Below, piece by piece: positions 50,090 to 60,479 of a DNA stretch of 64,000 nucleotides. The translations under genes and the position numbers were made by a program. Source of the DNA: Gemmatimonadota bacterium (GTDB taxonomy: Bacteria; Gemmatimonadota; Gemmatimonadetes; Longimicrobiales; Gaopeijiaceae); assembly GCA_039589315.1 (NCBI GenBank), contig JBDHHQ010000043.1, positions 1 through 64,000 of the forward strand. Reading direction: 5' to 3'. The notes below the pieces were generated by a model. It was not told where the DNA came from, searched no databases, and saw nothing but the letters and a program-made list of their open reading frames with translations. How positions within the stretch are numbered: the stretch's first letter is position 1; each line of letters starts with the position of its first letter.

Positions 50090-51774
50090 GGCGGCCGGAT
50101 CCGCCGGTGCGCGCCGTACGCTTCGCGGACCCGCCCCGTGGGAGAAGGTCGACACATCCGCCACGGGCGGGGGTGTGGGCACCTCTGCCCCGCGGGGGGG
50201 TGCGACCCGATCGCGGCTGGCGCCGGGCCCTGGCCGGCCTGGCCGTGTTCGTCGCCGCGGCCTGCACCGCTCCCGCTACCCCGTTCGACGTGGTGGACGC
50301 CACCATCGCAGAGGTACAGGAGGCCGTGCTCTCGGGCCGGGTCAGCTGCCGCGAGGTGGTCCAGGCCTACCTGGACCGGATCGACGCCTACGATCAGAGC
50401 ACCGGCTTGAACGCCATCACGGTGGTCAACCCCGATGCCCTGACCCGGGCCGACGAAGCCGACGCGGCGGTGGCCGCGCGCGGTGAGCTGGGCCCGCTCT
50501 TCTGCGTTCCCGTCCTGGTGAAGGACAACTTCGACACCCACGATCTGCCCACCACCGGCGGCTCCATCGCCTTGATGGACAGCCGTCCGCCCGACGACGC
50601 CTTCATGGTTCGGAGGATCCGGGAGGCGGGCGCCATCGTGCTGGCCAAGACCAACATGGCCGAATGGGCCTTCAGCCCGCGGCAAACGGTGAGCTCTTCG
50701 TACGGCACCACGGCCAACGCCTATGCCCTCGACCGGGTCCCCGCCGGGTCGAGCGGGGGCACCGCCTCGGGCGTGGCGGCCAGCTTCGGCCTCGTGGGCC
50801 TCGGGTCGGACACGGGCAACTCGATCCGCGGACCGTCCTCCCATCTGGCCCTCTTCGGCATCCGGTCCACCATCGGCCTGACCAGCCGCGATGGGGTGAT
50901 CCCTCTCTCGTTCGACCGTGACATCGCCGGACCCATGACGCGAACGGTCGAGGACGGGGCCCGACTGTTCAACGTGGTGGCGGGCTACGACCCCGCGGAT
51001 CCGTACACGGAGCTCGGCAGGGATCTGCGAGAGGCCGACTACACGACCTTCCTCGACCCGACCGGTCTGGAGGGCAAGCGCCTCGGTGTTCTCCGGGCGC
51101 TGGTGGACACGGAGGATGCCGACACGGCCGTGGTGCGGGTGTTCGAGACGGCAATCGAGGACCTCGCCCTCCAGGGCGCAGAGATCATCGATCCCTTCGT
51201 CGTCCCGGATTGGGATGAGCTGCTCGACGCGCCCATGTTCTGCCGGCGCTTCCGCTACGACATGCGCCAGTACCTTCTGTCGCTGGGCGAGGGGGCGCCC
51301 ATCCAGGACGTACGTGAGGCGTACGAGGCTGGTCAGTACTCCGAGTACGTGGCCGAGCGCCTGGACCGGGGCACGCAGGCGCCCGCGGAGCTGCACCCCG
51401 GCGACTTCGACCCACCGTGTCCCGACTTCGCCGAGCACCCGGATCGGCAGGCGTTCCTGGCGGCGGTGATCGATGCCATGGACGCGGAGCGCCTCGACGC
51501 CGTGGTGTATCCGACCTGGACGACTCCGCCGGCACACCTCGACCGGGCCATCGAAGACTACGCCGGTGACAACAGCCAACGGGTGGCACCGGCCACCGGT
51601 TTGCCTGCCGTGTCGGTGCCTATGGGCTACACCTATGGCGGGCTTCCGGCCGGCTTGCAGATCCTGGCCCGCCCGTACCAGGAAGGCCTGCTGTTCACCC
51701 TGGCGTACGCCTACGAGCGAGGGACCCGCCACCGCCATCCGCCCGAGGGCTTTCCGCCGTTGTCCGAGCCGTGA
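50086..51774 (+). CDS. Amidase signature-family protein (probable lipoprotein)
   Basis: VKDN, KTNMAE, AGSSGG, GSDTGNSIRGPS, lipobox-like VAAAC. Start may be GTG 50200. Confidence 0.92.
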   Translation: MRRPDPPVRAVRFADPPRGRRSTHPPRAGVWAPLPRGGVRPDRGWRRALAGLAVFVAAACTAPATPFDVVDATIAEVQEAVLSGRVSCREVVQAYLDRIDAYDQSTGLNAITVVNPDALTRADEADAAVAARGELGPLFCVPVLVKDNFDTHDLPTTGGSIALMDSRPPDDAFMVRRIREAGAIVLAKTNMAEWAFSPRQTVSSSYGTTANAYALDRVPAGSSGGTASGVAASFGLVGLGSDTGNSIRGPSSHLALFGIRSTIGLTSRDGVIPLSFDRDIAGPMTRTVEDGARLFNVVAGYDPADPYTELGRDLREADYTTFLDPTGLEGKRLGVLRALVDTEDADTAVVRVFETAIEDLALQGAEIIDPFVVPDWDELLDAPMFCRRFRYDMRQYLLSLGEGAPIQDVREAYEAGQYSEYVAERLDRGTQAPAELHPGDFDPPCPDFAEHPDRQAFLAAVIDAMDAERLDAVVYPTWTTPPAHLDRAIEDYAGDNSQRVAPATGLPAVSVPMGYTYGGLPAGLQILARPYQEGLLFTLAYAYERGTRHRHPPEGFPPLSEP

Positions 51775-51836
51775 CCAGCTCGGGGGCGGCCGGTAAGCCT
51801 GCCCACCTCCGGCTGGACCTTTCGGCCCCGGAGGCC

Positions 51837-52457
51837 TCAGCGCCCGTGCAGCTCTGCCCTGCCCCCTGTCAGCCCGCCCAGCTCGGACTCCAGCTCCGCC
51901 ATGGCCGATACGGGTGCCCGCAACCGGTACGTGATCCCCTGCCCCCAGGCCTCGTCCAGCACCGTCACGCCCAGGCGCTGGAAGATTCGGCGGGCACCGG
52001 TCACGTCGGCGTGGCGCAGCGCGACCGTAACCTCTACGGTAGGCACGAGCACCTCGGTGGGAAGCGTCTCCAGGGCCGCCACGACGCCACCGGCATATGC
52101 GCGTCCCAGCCCACCCTTCCCCAGCTTCACGCCGCCGTAGTACCGGGTGACCACCGCGACGATCTCGCCAACGCCACCGTGCAGCAACGCGGTCAGCATG
52201 GGACGGCCTGCCGTCCCGTGGGGCTCGCCGTCGTCGCTCATGCCCACCTGTCCCGACTCCCCGGGGGCGCCGGCCACGAAGGCCCAGCAGTTGTGGGTAG
52301 CGTCCGGAAACTCGTTGCCGATGCCGGCGATGAAGGCCCGAGCGGCCTCGCGCGTGGCCGCCCGCGCGACCGTCGTGATGAAGCGGCTCCGCCGGATGGT
52401 CTCTTCCACCCGGTGCACCCGGGCCGGAACCAGGTATCCTCCATTCCCGTCAGCCAC
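51837..52457 (-). CDS. yigZ: YigZ/IMPACT-family protein
   Basis: SRFI, ATHNCWA, SDDGEP.GTAGRP, VTRYYGGVKLG.GGL.RAY. Confidence 0.92.
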   Translation of the reverse strand: MADGNGGYLVPARVHRVEETIRRSRFITTVARAATREAARAFIAGIGNEFPDATHNCWAFVAGAPGESGQVGMSDDGEPHGTAGRPMLTALLHGGVGEIVAVVTRYYGGVKLGKGGLGRAYAGGVVAALETLPTEVLVPTVEVTVALRHADVTGARRIFQRLGVTVLDEAWGQGITYRLRAPVSAMAELESELGGLTGGRAELHGR

Positions 52458-52513
52458 GCGCAGCCCGGTTCGGCGGTGTCTCCTGGTGGATCCGCCCGTG
52501 AGGCCCGGCCGTC

Positions 52514-54592
52514 CTACTCAGCCGGCTGCCGGTATCGCTCCATCATCTGGGCCCAGCGCGCGTCTTCTTGGAGCGGCGTCAAATGGGGGAACAGGGCCAC
52601 GTACCGAGGCGGGTAGTCGTGGGGTAGGCCCTGGAAGAGTCGGTCGAGGGCCTCAAAAGCCTGATCGTGGTCGCCCAGGCGTGTGTGGACGAAGATCTCG
52701 GAAAACGTCGTGGATGGCCTGTCCAGCGCGTCGCCCTCCACCAGTGCCACCACCCGGCCGATCTCGGCCTGCGCCGCCTCCGCGTCGCCCAGGGCCGCAT
52801 GAGCGATTGCCAGCTCCAGGTCCGTGTCGACCGCGTTCGGATGCTCGCGCACGAACTCCGCTCCCGCGACCCGGACCGAGTCGTACAGCACCCGGGCTTC
52901 AGCATCCCGCCCCAGGAAGGTGAGCGCCTCGGCCCGGGCCCATCGATTCCACGGCCTGGGATCCTCGATCGCATCCAGCACTGCCTGCCAATTCCCGTCG
53001 AGGCCGTCCAGGAAACGCAGCTGGCCCGAGAGGCCATCGTCAACGCCTTCGCGACCCCGCTCCACGAGCTCCCGGGCCCGCGTGGTGCTGCCGTCACGGG
53101 CCAGGACCGTGTTGACGAGCCACCAGTAGCTACCGCCCTCCTCGGGGGCCATCGCCACGGCACGCGTCAGCGCTTCCTCGGCTTCGGCGAAGCGCCCCAT
53201 GGACCGGTAGGTGGAGCCGAGGTCCTCCCAGATGTGCGCGGAACGAGGATCCAATCGAATCGCTTCTCGGAAGCTCTCGATGGATCCCTCGAAGTCGCCC
53301 AGCCTACGCTGTACCGCTCCGAGGGCATGGTAGAGGTCGTAGGTGTTCAGCCCGGCGGCCCGTGCCCTGCCGTATTCCGCCATCGCCCGAACGAAGTCCC
53401 GCGGGCCCCAGTAGTAGTACTCCCCCAGAGCCAGGTGACCTTCGGGAAGCTCGGGGGCCAGCTCCAGGGCCCGGTCGACGGCTTCCTTCGACGCCTCCAG
53501 CTCCTCGGGTCTCCTGCCCTGGAGCTGAAAGAGGAAGCCGTGTGTGAGCGCCAAGCGCGCGTGGGCCAGGGCGAAGCCGGGATCCAGCTCGACTGCTTTC
53601 TCGTACATCTCGACGGCGATCCTGAAGTCGTCCGAGCGAGGGCCGCGGCTGAAGTAGACGTTCCCCTGCAGGTAGTAGTCGTAGGCCTCGAGGCTCTCCG
53701 TGGGCGGGGCGTCGATGCTTGCGGCTTCATCCGGGGTCAGCGTGGCATGCAGCTGTCCTGCGATGGCCTCTGCCAGCTCACGCTGGATGTGGAAGACGTT
53801 CTCCACCGTCAGCGTACGATCGTAGGAGTCGGCCCAGAGGTGCTCGTCCGTCCCGGCGTCGATGAGCTGCGCGTTCAGATGGATCCGGTCCCCCGACCGC
53901 TGGATGCTTCCTTCGAGCACGGTCGACACGCCCAACTCCTGACCGATCTCGCGGAGGTTCTTGGTCGACTCACGGTATTCCATGACCGAAGTCCTGGAAA
54001 CGACCCTGAAGGACCCGACCTTGGAGAGCTGCGTGAGAATGTCGTCGTGAATCCCGAGCGTGAAGGACTCGCTCTCCTCGTCGGTCCGTGTGCTGGTGAA
54101 GGGGAGCACCGCGATGGAGGCCCGGGTCTCTTCCGGGGACTCGGTGGCGAACCCGCCTGCACGCCCCGTTGCCATGAGAAAGGCGGCCACGACCCCCCAG
54201 AGTGCGAAGGCTCCCATCCCGCCCAGGATCGCGTTTTTCCACGTGAAGAGACGTTGGGCTGTGCCATTCGCCGCAGGTGGCTGTGCCGACCCACGGGAGG
54301 CGTCCGCGTCCTCTCCCGTGCCCGGCGCGTTCCCGAAATGCTCCTCGGCCTCCCCACCCGTCCGGTCCTCGGCGCTGTTGCTCGATTGGATGAAAGCGGT
54401 GGTGAGGACGATGGGGAAGCCGATGATCAGCAGCACCAGAGCCAGGCCCGGCAGCCAATCCGGGAGGTTCCCCGCATCGACGATGCCCTGGACGACCTCG
54501 AGCGCCACCCAGCAACCGGCCAGATAGATCGCCAGGACCTGCCAGATGGACCGCCGGTGGGATTCCTTCAGGAGGTGCTCGAGGGGGGACAA
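52514..54592 (-). CDS. Membrane-anchored TolB-like/TPR protein
   Basis: N-terminal TM module (LPDW...LL.IGFP), SIAVLPF, VVSRTS, VLEGS, HLWADSYDR, AYDYYLQG, TPRs. Confidence 0.88.
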   Translation of the reverse strand: MSPLEHLLKESHRRSIWQVLAIYLAGCWVALEVVQGIVDAGNLPDWLPGLALVLLIIGFPIVLTTAFIQSSNSAEDRTGGEAEEHFGNAPGTGEDADASRGSAQPPAANGTAQRLFTWKNAILGGMGAFALWGVVAAFLMATGRAGGFATESPEETRASIAVLPFTSTRTDEESESFTLGIHDDILTQLSKVGSFRVVSRTSVMEYRESTKNLREIGQELGVSTVLEGSIQRSGDRIHLNAQLIDAGTDEHLWADSYDRTLTVENVFHIQRELAEAIAGQLHATLTPDEAASIDAPPTESLEAYDYYLQGNVYFSRGPRSDDFRIAVEMYEKAVELDPGFALAHARLALTHGFLFQLQGRRPEELEASKEAVDRALELAPELPEGHLALGEYYYWGPRDFVRAMAEYGRARAAGLNTYDLYHALGAVQRRLGDFEGSIESFREAIRLDPRSAHIWEDLGSTYRSMGRFAEAEEALTRAVAMAPEEGGSYWWLVNTVLARDGSTTRARELVERGREGVDDGLSGQLRFLDGLDGNWQAVLDAIEDPRPWNRWARAEALTFLGRDAEARVLYDSVRVAGAEFVREHPNAVDTDLELAIAHAALGDAEAAQAEIGRVVALVEGDALDRPSTTFSEIFVHTRLGDHDQAFEALDRLFQGLPHDYPPRYVALFPHLTPLQEDARWAQMMERYRQPAE

Positions 54593-54832
54593 CGGCGTCG
54601 CTCCGCTTCCCGATCGGGTTTGTATGTCGGTGCCAAGATGCGCCCAGATACGTGGTCAGAGCAAGCTCTCGGGATCCCGTCCGGCCTTCCTGCGTAGGGC
54701 CGGGGCCGCTGTCCACCGACGCCCGGTCGGTTCCCACGAGCTCGAGCACCCCCCGGACCGTGACCAGCGAAACGCCCCCCGGACCGGTGACTCGGCCCGG
54801 GGGGCGATCCGTTGGCCGCAAGCGCCACCCCG

Positions 54833-55381
54833 TTACATGGAATCGCCCTGGCTCCAGGGAGGCACGATCTCGTTCGTACGCGCGTAGGCGATGGCCTGGC
54901 CCAGATGCTCGTGCATGTCGTTCGCCGCGAGCATGAGACCCGTGCCTACGTCCACCTCCCGGCCGAAGAACTGGACCTTCTCCATGCGGGCGCTCTCGTC
55001 GAGCCCCTCCGCCTGGGCGATGAAGTGCTCGAAGGACCGATCCAGCTCAACCAGCAGCTCGCTCCTGGACATGGCCGTAAGCCGCTCCATCTCGGCGCCG
55101 AAGCTCTCGGCCACGCCGGCGGGCGCATCCATGCCCAGATAGCCGGGGAACAGGTTGCACTCGGCCGCGATCAGCGCGATCACCTCCTTCACCGACCGGA
55201 CCCCCTCCATGGGACGCCAGTCGTACGTGTCCTCGGGGAACGCTTCGGCCAGCGACGTGAACTTCTCGTGCATCGTCTCCAGGTCGGCCACCTGTGCCTC
55301 TGCCCAGGACTGGGCCGACGCAGGACCCGGAAGCGCGAGGAGGAGCCCAAGCGCCACCCCACCCAGAATCGTCGTCCTCAT
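54833..55381 (-). CDS. Exported DinB-family protein
   Basis: AGGAG RBS, signal peptide, LAEAFPE..Y.WRP.EGVRS, HEHLGQ.IAYAR.N.IVPPWS. Confidence 0.88.
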   Translation of the reverse strand: MRTTILGGVALGLLLALPGPASAQSWAEAQVADLETMHEKFTSLAEAFPEDTYDWRPMEGVRSVKEVIALIAAECNLFPGYLGMDAPAGVAESFGAEMERLTAMSRSELLVELDRSFEHFIAQAEGLDESARMEKVQFFGREVDVGTGLMLAANDMHEHLGQAIAYARTNEIVPPWSQGDSM

Positions 55382-55487
55382 CTGTCTCCTCCGTGAAAAG
55401 GGCTTTTCAGCAACGTGAGTAAGGCTGCACCCTCAGTGCGGCGGCGTCAAGCCGCCGGAAGCGCTCGCCACGGCCAGGTGAGCTGTC

Positions 55488-56766
55488 TCAGCGCCCTCGG
55501 CTCACAGGCTCGAGCACCCCGCCGGCCAGGCCTCCCAGATGGCTGGAGAAGAACGACTGGAGCGCGCCGGCCAACGCGGACGCCGCTCGCTGGCGGCTGT
55601 CGGGCGTGTCCCGGATACGCGTGAGGTTCATCTCGACTTGAACGGCGCTGATCGATCCGCCGTCCCTCGACCCGTGTCGCGCGGTCGAGTATCCCCCCCT
55701 GAAGTAGGGCTCACCGGCCGGATCCGGTTGACTCCGGCTCGGCACCGCCGGAAAGCCCTGCTCCTCCATCAGCGCGCCGAGGCTCGACGGCCCGCGGATC
55801 AGCGAGGAGAGCGTCGTCGCCGCACCGGTCAGTGCCCGAACGCCGCTTTCGGCCGCTTTTGCTGTCGAGCTGAGCGTCCGTGCGCGCCAGGTCCTCGGCG
55901 GTGACCAGGTAGCCCGGCTCGAGCCGCTGTATGGGATGGCCGTGGCCGTGAAGGTCGACGAACAACCCCTCGCCGTGATCTCGGGCCACCGCAGCCTTCG
56001 CCGCGTCGATGAACGCGTGGTACTCCCACCAGGCCCGCTCGGCCCGAACGTCGCCCTGGGCCGCCTCCACGATCTCCCGGTTCGGATCCAGCTTGCGCCG
56101 ATGGAGCCGGCTGACGATCAGGTGGGGTCGGCTGCCGGCGACGTCCGCTACCGCGCCGGCCAGGCGGCGGGCCACATCCTGCGTGTGCAGGTCCTGGCTC
56201 GTGACCCCGGTCGCGCGGTCGGCGATCTCCGACGGCTCGAGCCCTCCGCCATGAGGGGCCGCCAACACGAGCGGAAGGTCGCCGACCACGTACTGGACGT
56301 ACTGGCTGCGTCCGGCGTGCGTATCGCCAGCCACCGGCTCGCGGGCCGTCGCCTGGACCTCTGCCTCCAGGGCTCCCACCGTGGCCCGCAGACGCTGCGG
56401 TCCCGGATCCGGCCCCAGGATCCACACCGTCGAGGCCCGGCCGTCCTCGCCCGTGCGGGCACCGCTGGTGGAGAGGGAGCCGTCCCCCTCGAGGATGGCG
56501 AACCTGACCGTGGTGCCAGAAACGGATCGGCCCTCACGGTCGCGCACCTCGAAAGCGGTCTCATCCGGTAGCACGGCACCGGCAGGTCCTGCCAACTGAC
56601 GGGGGCTCAGGGACACCAGACTGGCTGGCTCGCCCGGCGACGCAGGCCCGCTCGGTTCACCGCCGCAGCCCAGCAAAGCGCCGAGACCGAGTACCGCCAG
56701 GGAGGCAGGTCCGCGTCTCAGCGCCCGGAATGGGCGCGCGGGCTCTCGGAAGCTCAGCGGTGGCAT
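55488..56766 (-). pseudogene. Ig-like domain + N-formylglutamate amidohydrolase-like lipoprotein; frameshift near 55857-55860
   Basis: Lipobox LLGC, Big-like domain, APHGG, LHRRKLDPNR, DLHGHGH. The second frame AAESGVRAL...RGPSSLG continues into the 55488..55769 ORF (YFRGGY, AVQVE). Confidence 0.75.
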
Positions 56767-56850
56767 GCGATCACCCTAACTCCCGAGTAGGTTGTGATCC
56801 ATGTTGGCTGGCGAGTCGGATATGGACTCGACGAAACCCGAGGCGCGTCA

Positions 56851-58531
56851 ATGAAGCTTCACAGGCACCCCACCCGTTCGGCTGTGCTCCCGCTTCTCGT
56901 TTGCTCGCTCCTCTGCTGCGGCGGGCCGGGTGCGGCCCGTGCGCAAGTGTCCGACGAGGAGCCTCCCGAGGCCGACCTTCTCCTCGTCGGTGGGCGGATC
57001 TTCACGGCCGACGACCTGACGTCGATCCACCAGGCGGTGGCGATCCGGGGCGATCGCATCGTGGAGGTGGGAGGCGACGATCTGGCGTACCGGTATAGGG
57101 CAGACCGGGTCGTCGACTTGCGGGGTCGGCTCGTCGCGCCCGGCTTCAACGACACCCATATCCACGTCCGGGGGAACCCGCGGCGGTACGTCGACTTCTC
57201 GGGAACCCGCTCCATCGAGGAATTCAAGGACAGGGTCCGGGCCAAAGCCGCTGAGCTGGGCCCTGCGGAATGGATCACGGGTTGGGGATGGTCCGAGGAC
57301 GAGATGGCGGAGGGGCGTCGGCCGCTTCGCCGAGATGTTGACGAGGCGGCCCCCGAAAACCCTGTCGTCATTCGGCGGGCCGGCGGTCATAGCTCCGTCG
57401 TCAACTCGCTCGCCCTCGAGCTGGCGGGGATCGACCGAACCACCCCCGACCCCGAGGCGGGCGTCATCGAGCGGGACGAGAACGGGGAGCTGAACGGCAT
57501 CATCCGGGAGCGGGCGGACCTCGTCAGTCGGCTCGTGCCGCCGGCCGGTCCCGAGGAGCTCCGGGAGGATCACGAGCATCATCCAAGCCGGCGAGGACGC
57601 CCAGGGCGTCCGGTCCTGGCAGGAGATCTATGCGGAGCATGGCGGTGCGCTGCCTCGCGTCGCCGTCCAGCCGAGGGCAGGCTCGGATGCCGAGGAGACG
57701 ATCCGGCGACTCGAAGACCTGGGCATGCGGCCGGGGGAAGGCGACGAACGCTTCCGCCTGGGACCCGTCAAGCTGCTCGTGGACGGTGGATACACCGGAC
57801 CCGCGGCGTGGACGCTGGAGCCCTACCGGAACCAGCCCGACTACTTCGGCCACGGTCGGTTCTCGCAGCAGGAGCTCTACGAGATATCGAAAGCGGCGCA
57901 CGAGCGGGGATGGCAGTTGGGCTTCCACGCCATCGGGGACGCGGCCATCAAGGTCACCGTGGACGCCTGGCGTCGCGTTCTGGACGAGTCGCCCCGAGCG
58001 GATCACCGCCACTACCTGAACCACTTCACGGTGCTGCCGCCGGTGGAGACCCTGAGGACGATGGCCGACTACAACATGGTCATCGCCCAGCAACCCAACT
58101 TCACGTACACCCTGGAGGGGCGGTACGCCGAGCACCTCGAGGGCGAACGCCTCCAGACCAACAACCCGGTCCGCACCCCGATGAGCCACGGCGTCTTCGT
58201 GGCTCTCGGAAGCGACATTTTGCCCATCGGGCCCATGGTGGGTCTTTACGCAGCGGTCACGCGCAAGGGCATGTCGGGCCAGGTCTACGGACCGGGCGAG
58301 CGTCTGACCATGCCCGAGGCGATCGTGGGGTACACCCGGAACGGGGCCTACCTGACCTTCGAGGAGGATCGGAAGGGCACGCTGGAGCCGGGCAAGCTCG
58401 CCGACCTCATCGTGCTTTCGGACGACCTGCTCACCATGGATCCCGAGCGGATCATGGAGGTTCAGGTCGACATGACGATTCTCGGTGGCCGGGTGGTGTA
58501 CGAGCGGGAGACGCCGAGCGCCACGCCGTGA
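56851..58531 (+). pseudogene. YtcJ-like amidohydrolase_3 protein; apparent deletion/frameshift near 57568
   Basis: First frame: PGFNDTHIH, WITGWGW, GGHS..VNS.AL. Second frame resumes ITSIIQAG..., KLLVDGG, HAIGD, GSD, GKLADL (ORF 57725..58531). Confidence 0.85.
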
Positions 58532-58671
58532 GACACGTCCGAATCGATGCCCCGTTCCCTTCCGGCCGATGCCTTCGGAATGCGGTCGCGAAGGCCGACC
58601 CGCTCAGAGCGGTCCACGCGCCGCCGATCCGCGCGCCGGGCCGAGCCACTCGCCTCGAACCCCGAGGGACC

Positions 58672-60327
58672 ATGTCCACGCTACCGCGATCCTCGAGCCG
58701 CTCCGGCCTGCTACGCTCGGCCGTGCTGGCCCTCCTTCTGCCGCTCCTGACCCTGGTGGCGGGCCCAGCCAACGCGGCCACCCAGACGCCCTCCGACGGC
58801 GCCCGGGAGGGACCCTATGGCCGACTCGTCATCCAGAACGCGATCGTCATACCGGGCCACGGCGGTCCGGCGTACGGCCCGGCGGACATCGTCATCCAGG
58901 GCAGTCGCATCGAGCAGATCGTGTCCTACAACGGCGTGACCGGCCGGCCGGCCGACGCCCCCACGCCCGAGGCCGACCGCGTCATCGACGCCACGGGCAT
59001 GTACGTCATGCCCGGTCTCATCGATCTGCACACGCACATCCGGAGCGACGAGCTCCCGCTCCAGTACGTGTACGACCTCAAGCTCGCCCACGGCGTCACC
59101 ACCATGGTCAACGGCGCCGGTCGGGGGTGGGCGGCGGCCCTGGAGCAACAACGCCTCTCCGACACCAACGAGATCACGGCGCCTCGGATGTACCCGATCC
59201 GGGACTGGGGCCCGCCCCGCTCCCGGGACCCGGGCAACATGCCCCCAGCGGACGTGATGGAGCCCTGGCACGACCCGGCCCGGGTGCCCGAGCTCATCGG
59301 CGAGGTCATGGCCGACGGCACCCACGTCGTCCGGGTGGGCAGCCTGGCATGGAATGCCGAGCTGTTCGGCGCCGTGTGCCGAGCGGTTCACGAGGCTGGC
59401 GGCATCACCACCGTGCACCTCCCACCCTCCGACATCTCGGTGGTGAATGCCGTCACGGCCGCGGAGCTGGGCGTCACCATGATCGAGCACCACTACGGGT
59501 ACGCCGAGGCGGCCTTGGGCGGGCGGGTCCAGCCGTTCCCGCCGGACTACAACTACCTGGACGAGGCCGACCGCTTCCGCCACGCGGGCAGGATCTGGCA
59601 GATCGCTCCGGACGACGTCCTCTTTGGCGAAGTGGTAGACCGGCTCGTGGCCTCGGGTGTGTCGCTGATCCCCACCATGAGCGCCTACGAGGTGAACAGG
59701 GACGTGAATCGGGCCATGGGGCTGCCTTGGCACGAGAAGTACACCCACGCCCAGCTCATCGAGTGGTACGCGGCGAACCCGGCGTATCACGCGTCGCACC
59801 ACTGGAACTGGACGTCGAAGGACGAGCAGCGTTGGTCGGATGCCTATCGGAAGTGGCAGAGGCTCATCTACGAGTTCAACCACCGGGGCGGACACCTCTC
59901 ATACGCGGTCGACGACCCCTACCTCTGGAACACGAGCGGCCTCGGCAACGTCCGGGAGCTCCAGCTCATGCACGAGGCCGGTCTGGACCCCGCCGAGGTG
60001 ATCCGCTCGGCCACTCGCAACAGCGCCATCACCCTCAGGCGCGAGGACCTGGGGCTGATCCAGACGGGATACACCGCCGACCTGGCCATCGTCGACGGCA
60101 ATCCCCTGGACAACCTCCGTTATCTGTACCCGTTCGGCGCCTTGGACATGACGGTCGACGGCGACATCACACGACGGGGCGGCGTCCGCTGGACCGTCAA
60201 GGACGGAGTCGTCTTCGACAACGCGGTTCTGATCGATGAAGTGATCCGCATGGTCGCCGAGTCCAAGGAGGGCTGGACGAACCCGGTGCCCGGCCTGTAC
60301 GAGCCGCGCTTCCGCCCAGGACGCTGA
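58672..60327 (+). CDS. Secreted amidohydrolase-superfamily protein (paralog of 6034..7650)
   Basis: Own GAGGG RBS, ATG and signal peptide; EGPY..LVI, MPGLIDLHTH, EHHYG, DE..RF, ADLAIVDGNPL.NL. Confidence 0.85.
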   Translation: MSTLPRSSSRSGLLRSAVLALLLPLLTLVAGPANAATQTPSDGAREGPYGRLVIQNAIVIPGHGGPAYGPADIVIQGSRIEQIVSYNGVTGRPADAPTPEADRVIDATGMYVMPGLIDLHTHIRSDELPLQYVYDLKLAHGVTTMVNGAGRGWAAALEQQRLSDTNEITAPRMYPIRDWGPPRSRDPGNMPPADVMEPWHDPARVPELIGEVMADGTHVVRVGSLAWNAELFGAVCRAVHEAGGITTVHLPPSDISVVNAVTAAELGVTMIEHHYGYAEAALGGRVQPFPPDYNYLDEADRFRHAGRIWQIAPDDVLFGEVVDRLVASGVSLIPTMSAYEVNRDVNRAMGLPWHEKYTHAQLIEWYAANPAYHASHHWNWTSKDEQRWSDAYRKWQRLIYEFNHRGGHLSYAVDDPYLWNTSGLGNVRELQLMHEAGLDPAEVIRSATRNSAITLRREDLGLIQTGYTADLAIVDGNPLDNLRYLYPFGALDMTVDGDITRRGGVRWTVKDGVVFDNAVLIDEVIRMVAESKEGWTNPVPGLYEPRFRPGR

Positions 60328-60479
60328 GGTCAGCCGGCGAGGCGGTCGTGCGATTGCGCGGTCGCCGTGCGATTCCAACCCCGTGGGGGTCTGGACGCCG
60401 AGGTCGGCGGCAGGCCGATTTCACGGTCGTGGATCGTCCTGCTGTTCCGCCCCGGCGACCGCTCGGTCGCCCCATCGCC

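Noticed and set aside
56794..60327. 1177-aa ORF as a real two-amidohydrolase fusion
   Set aside because: The middle part is off-frame Arg/Pro/Gly-rich sequence. The true coding frame there is 57569-58531, and the second gene has its own RBS and signal peptide.
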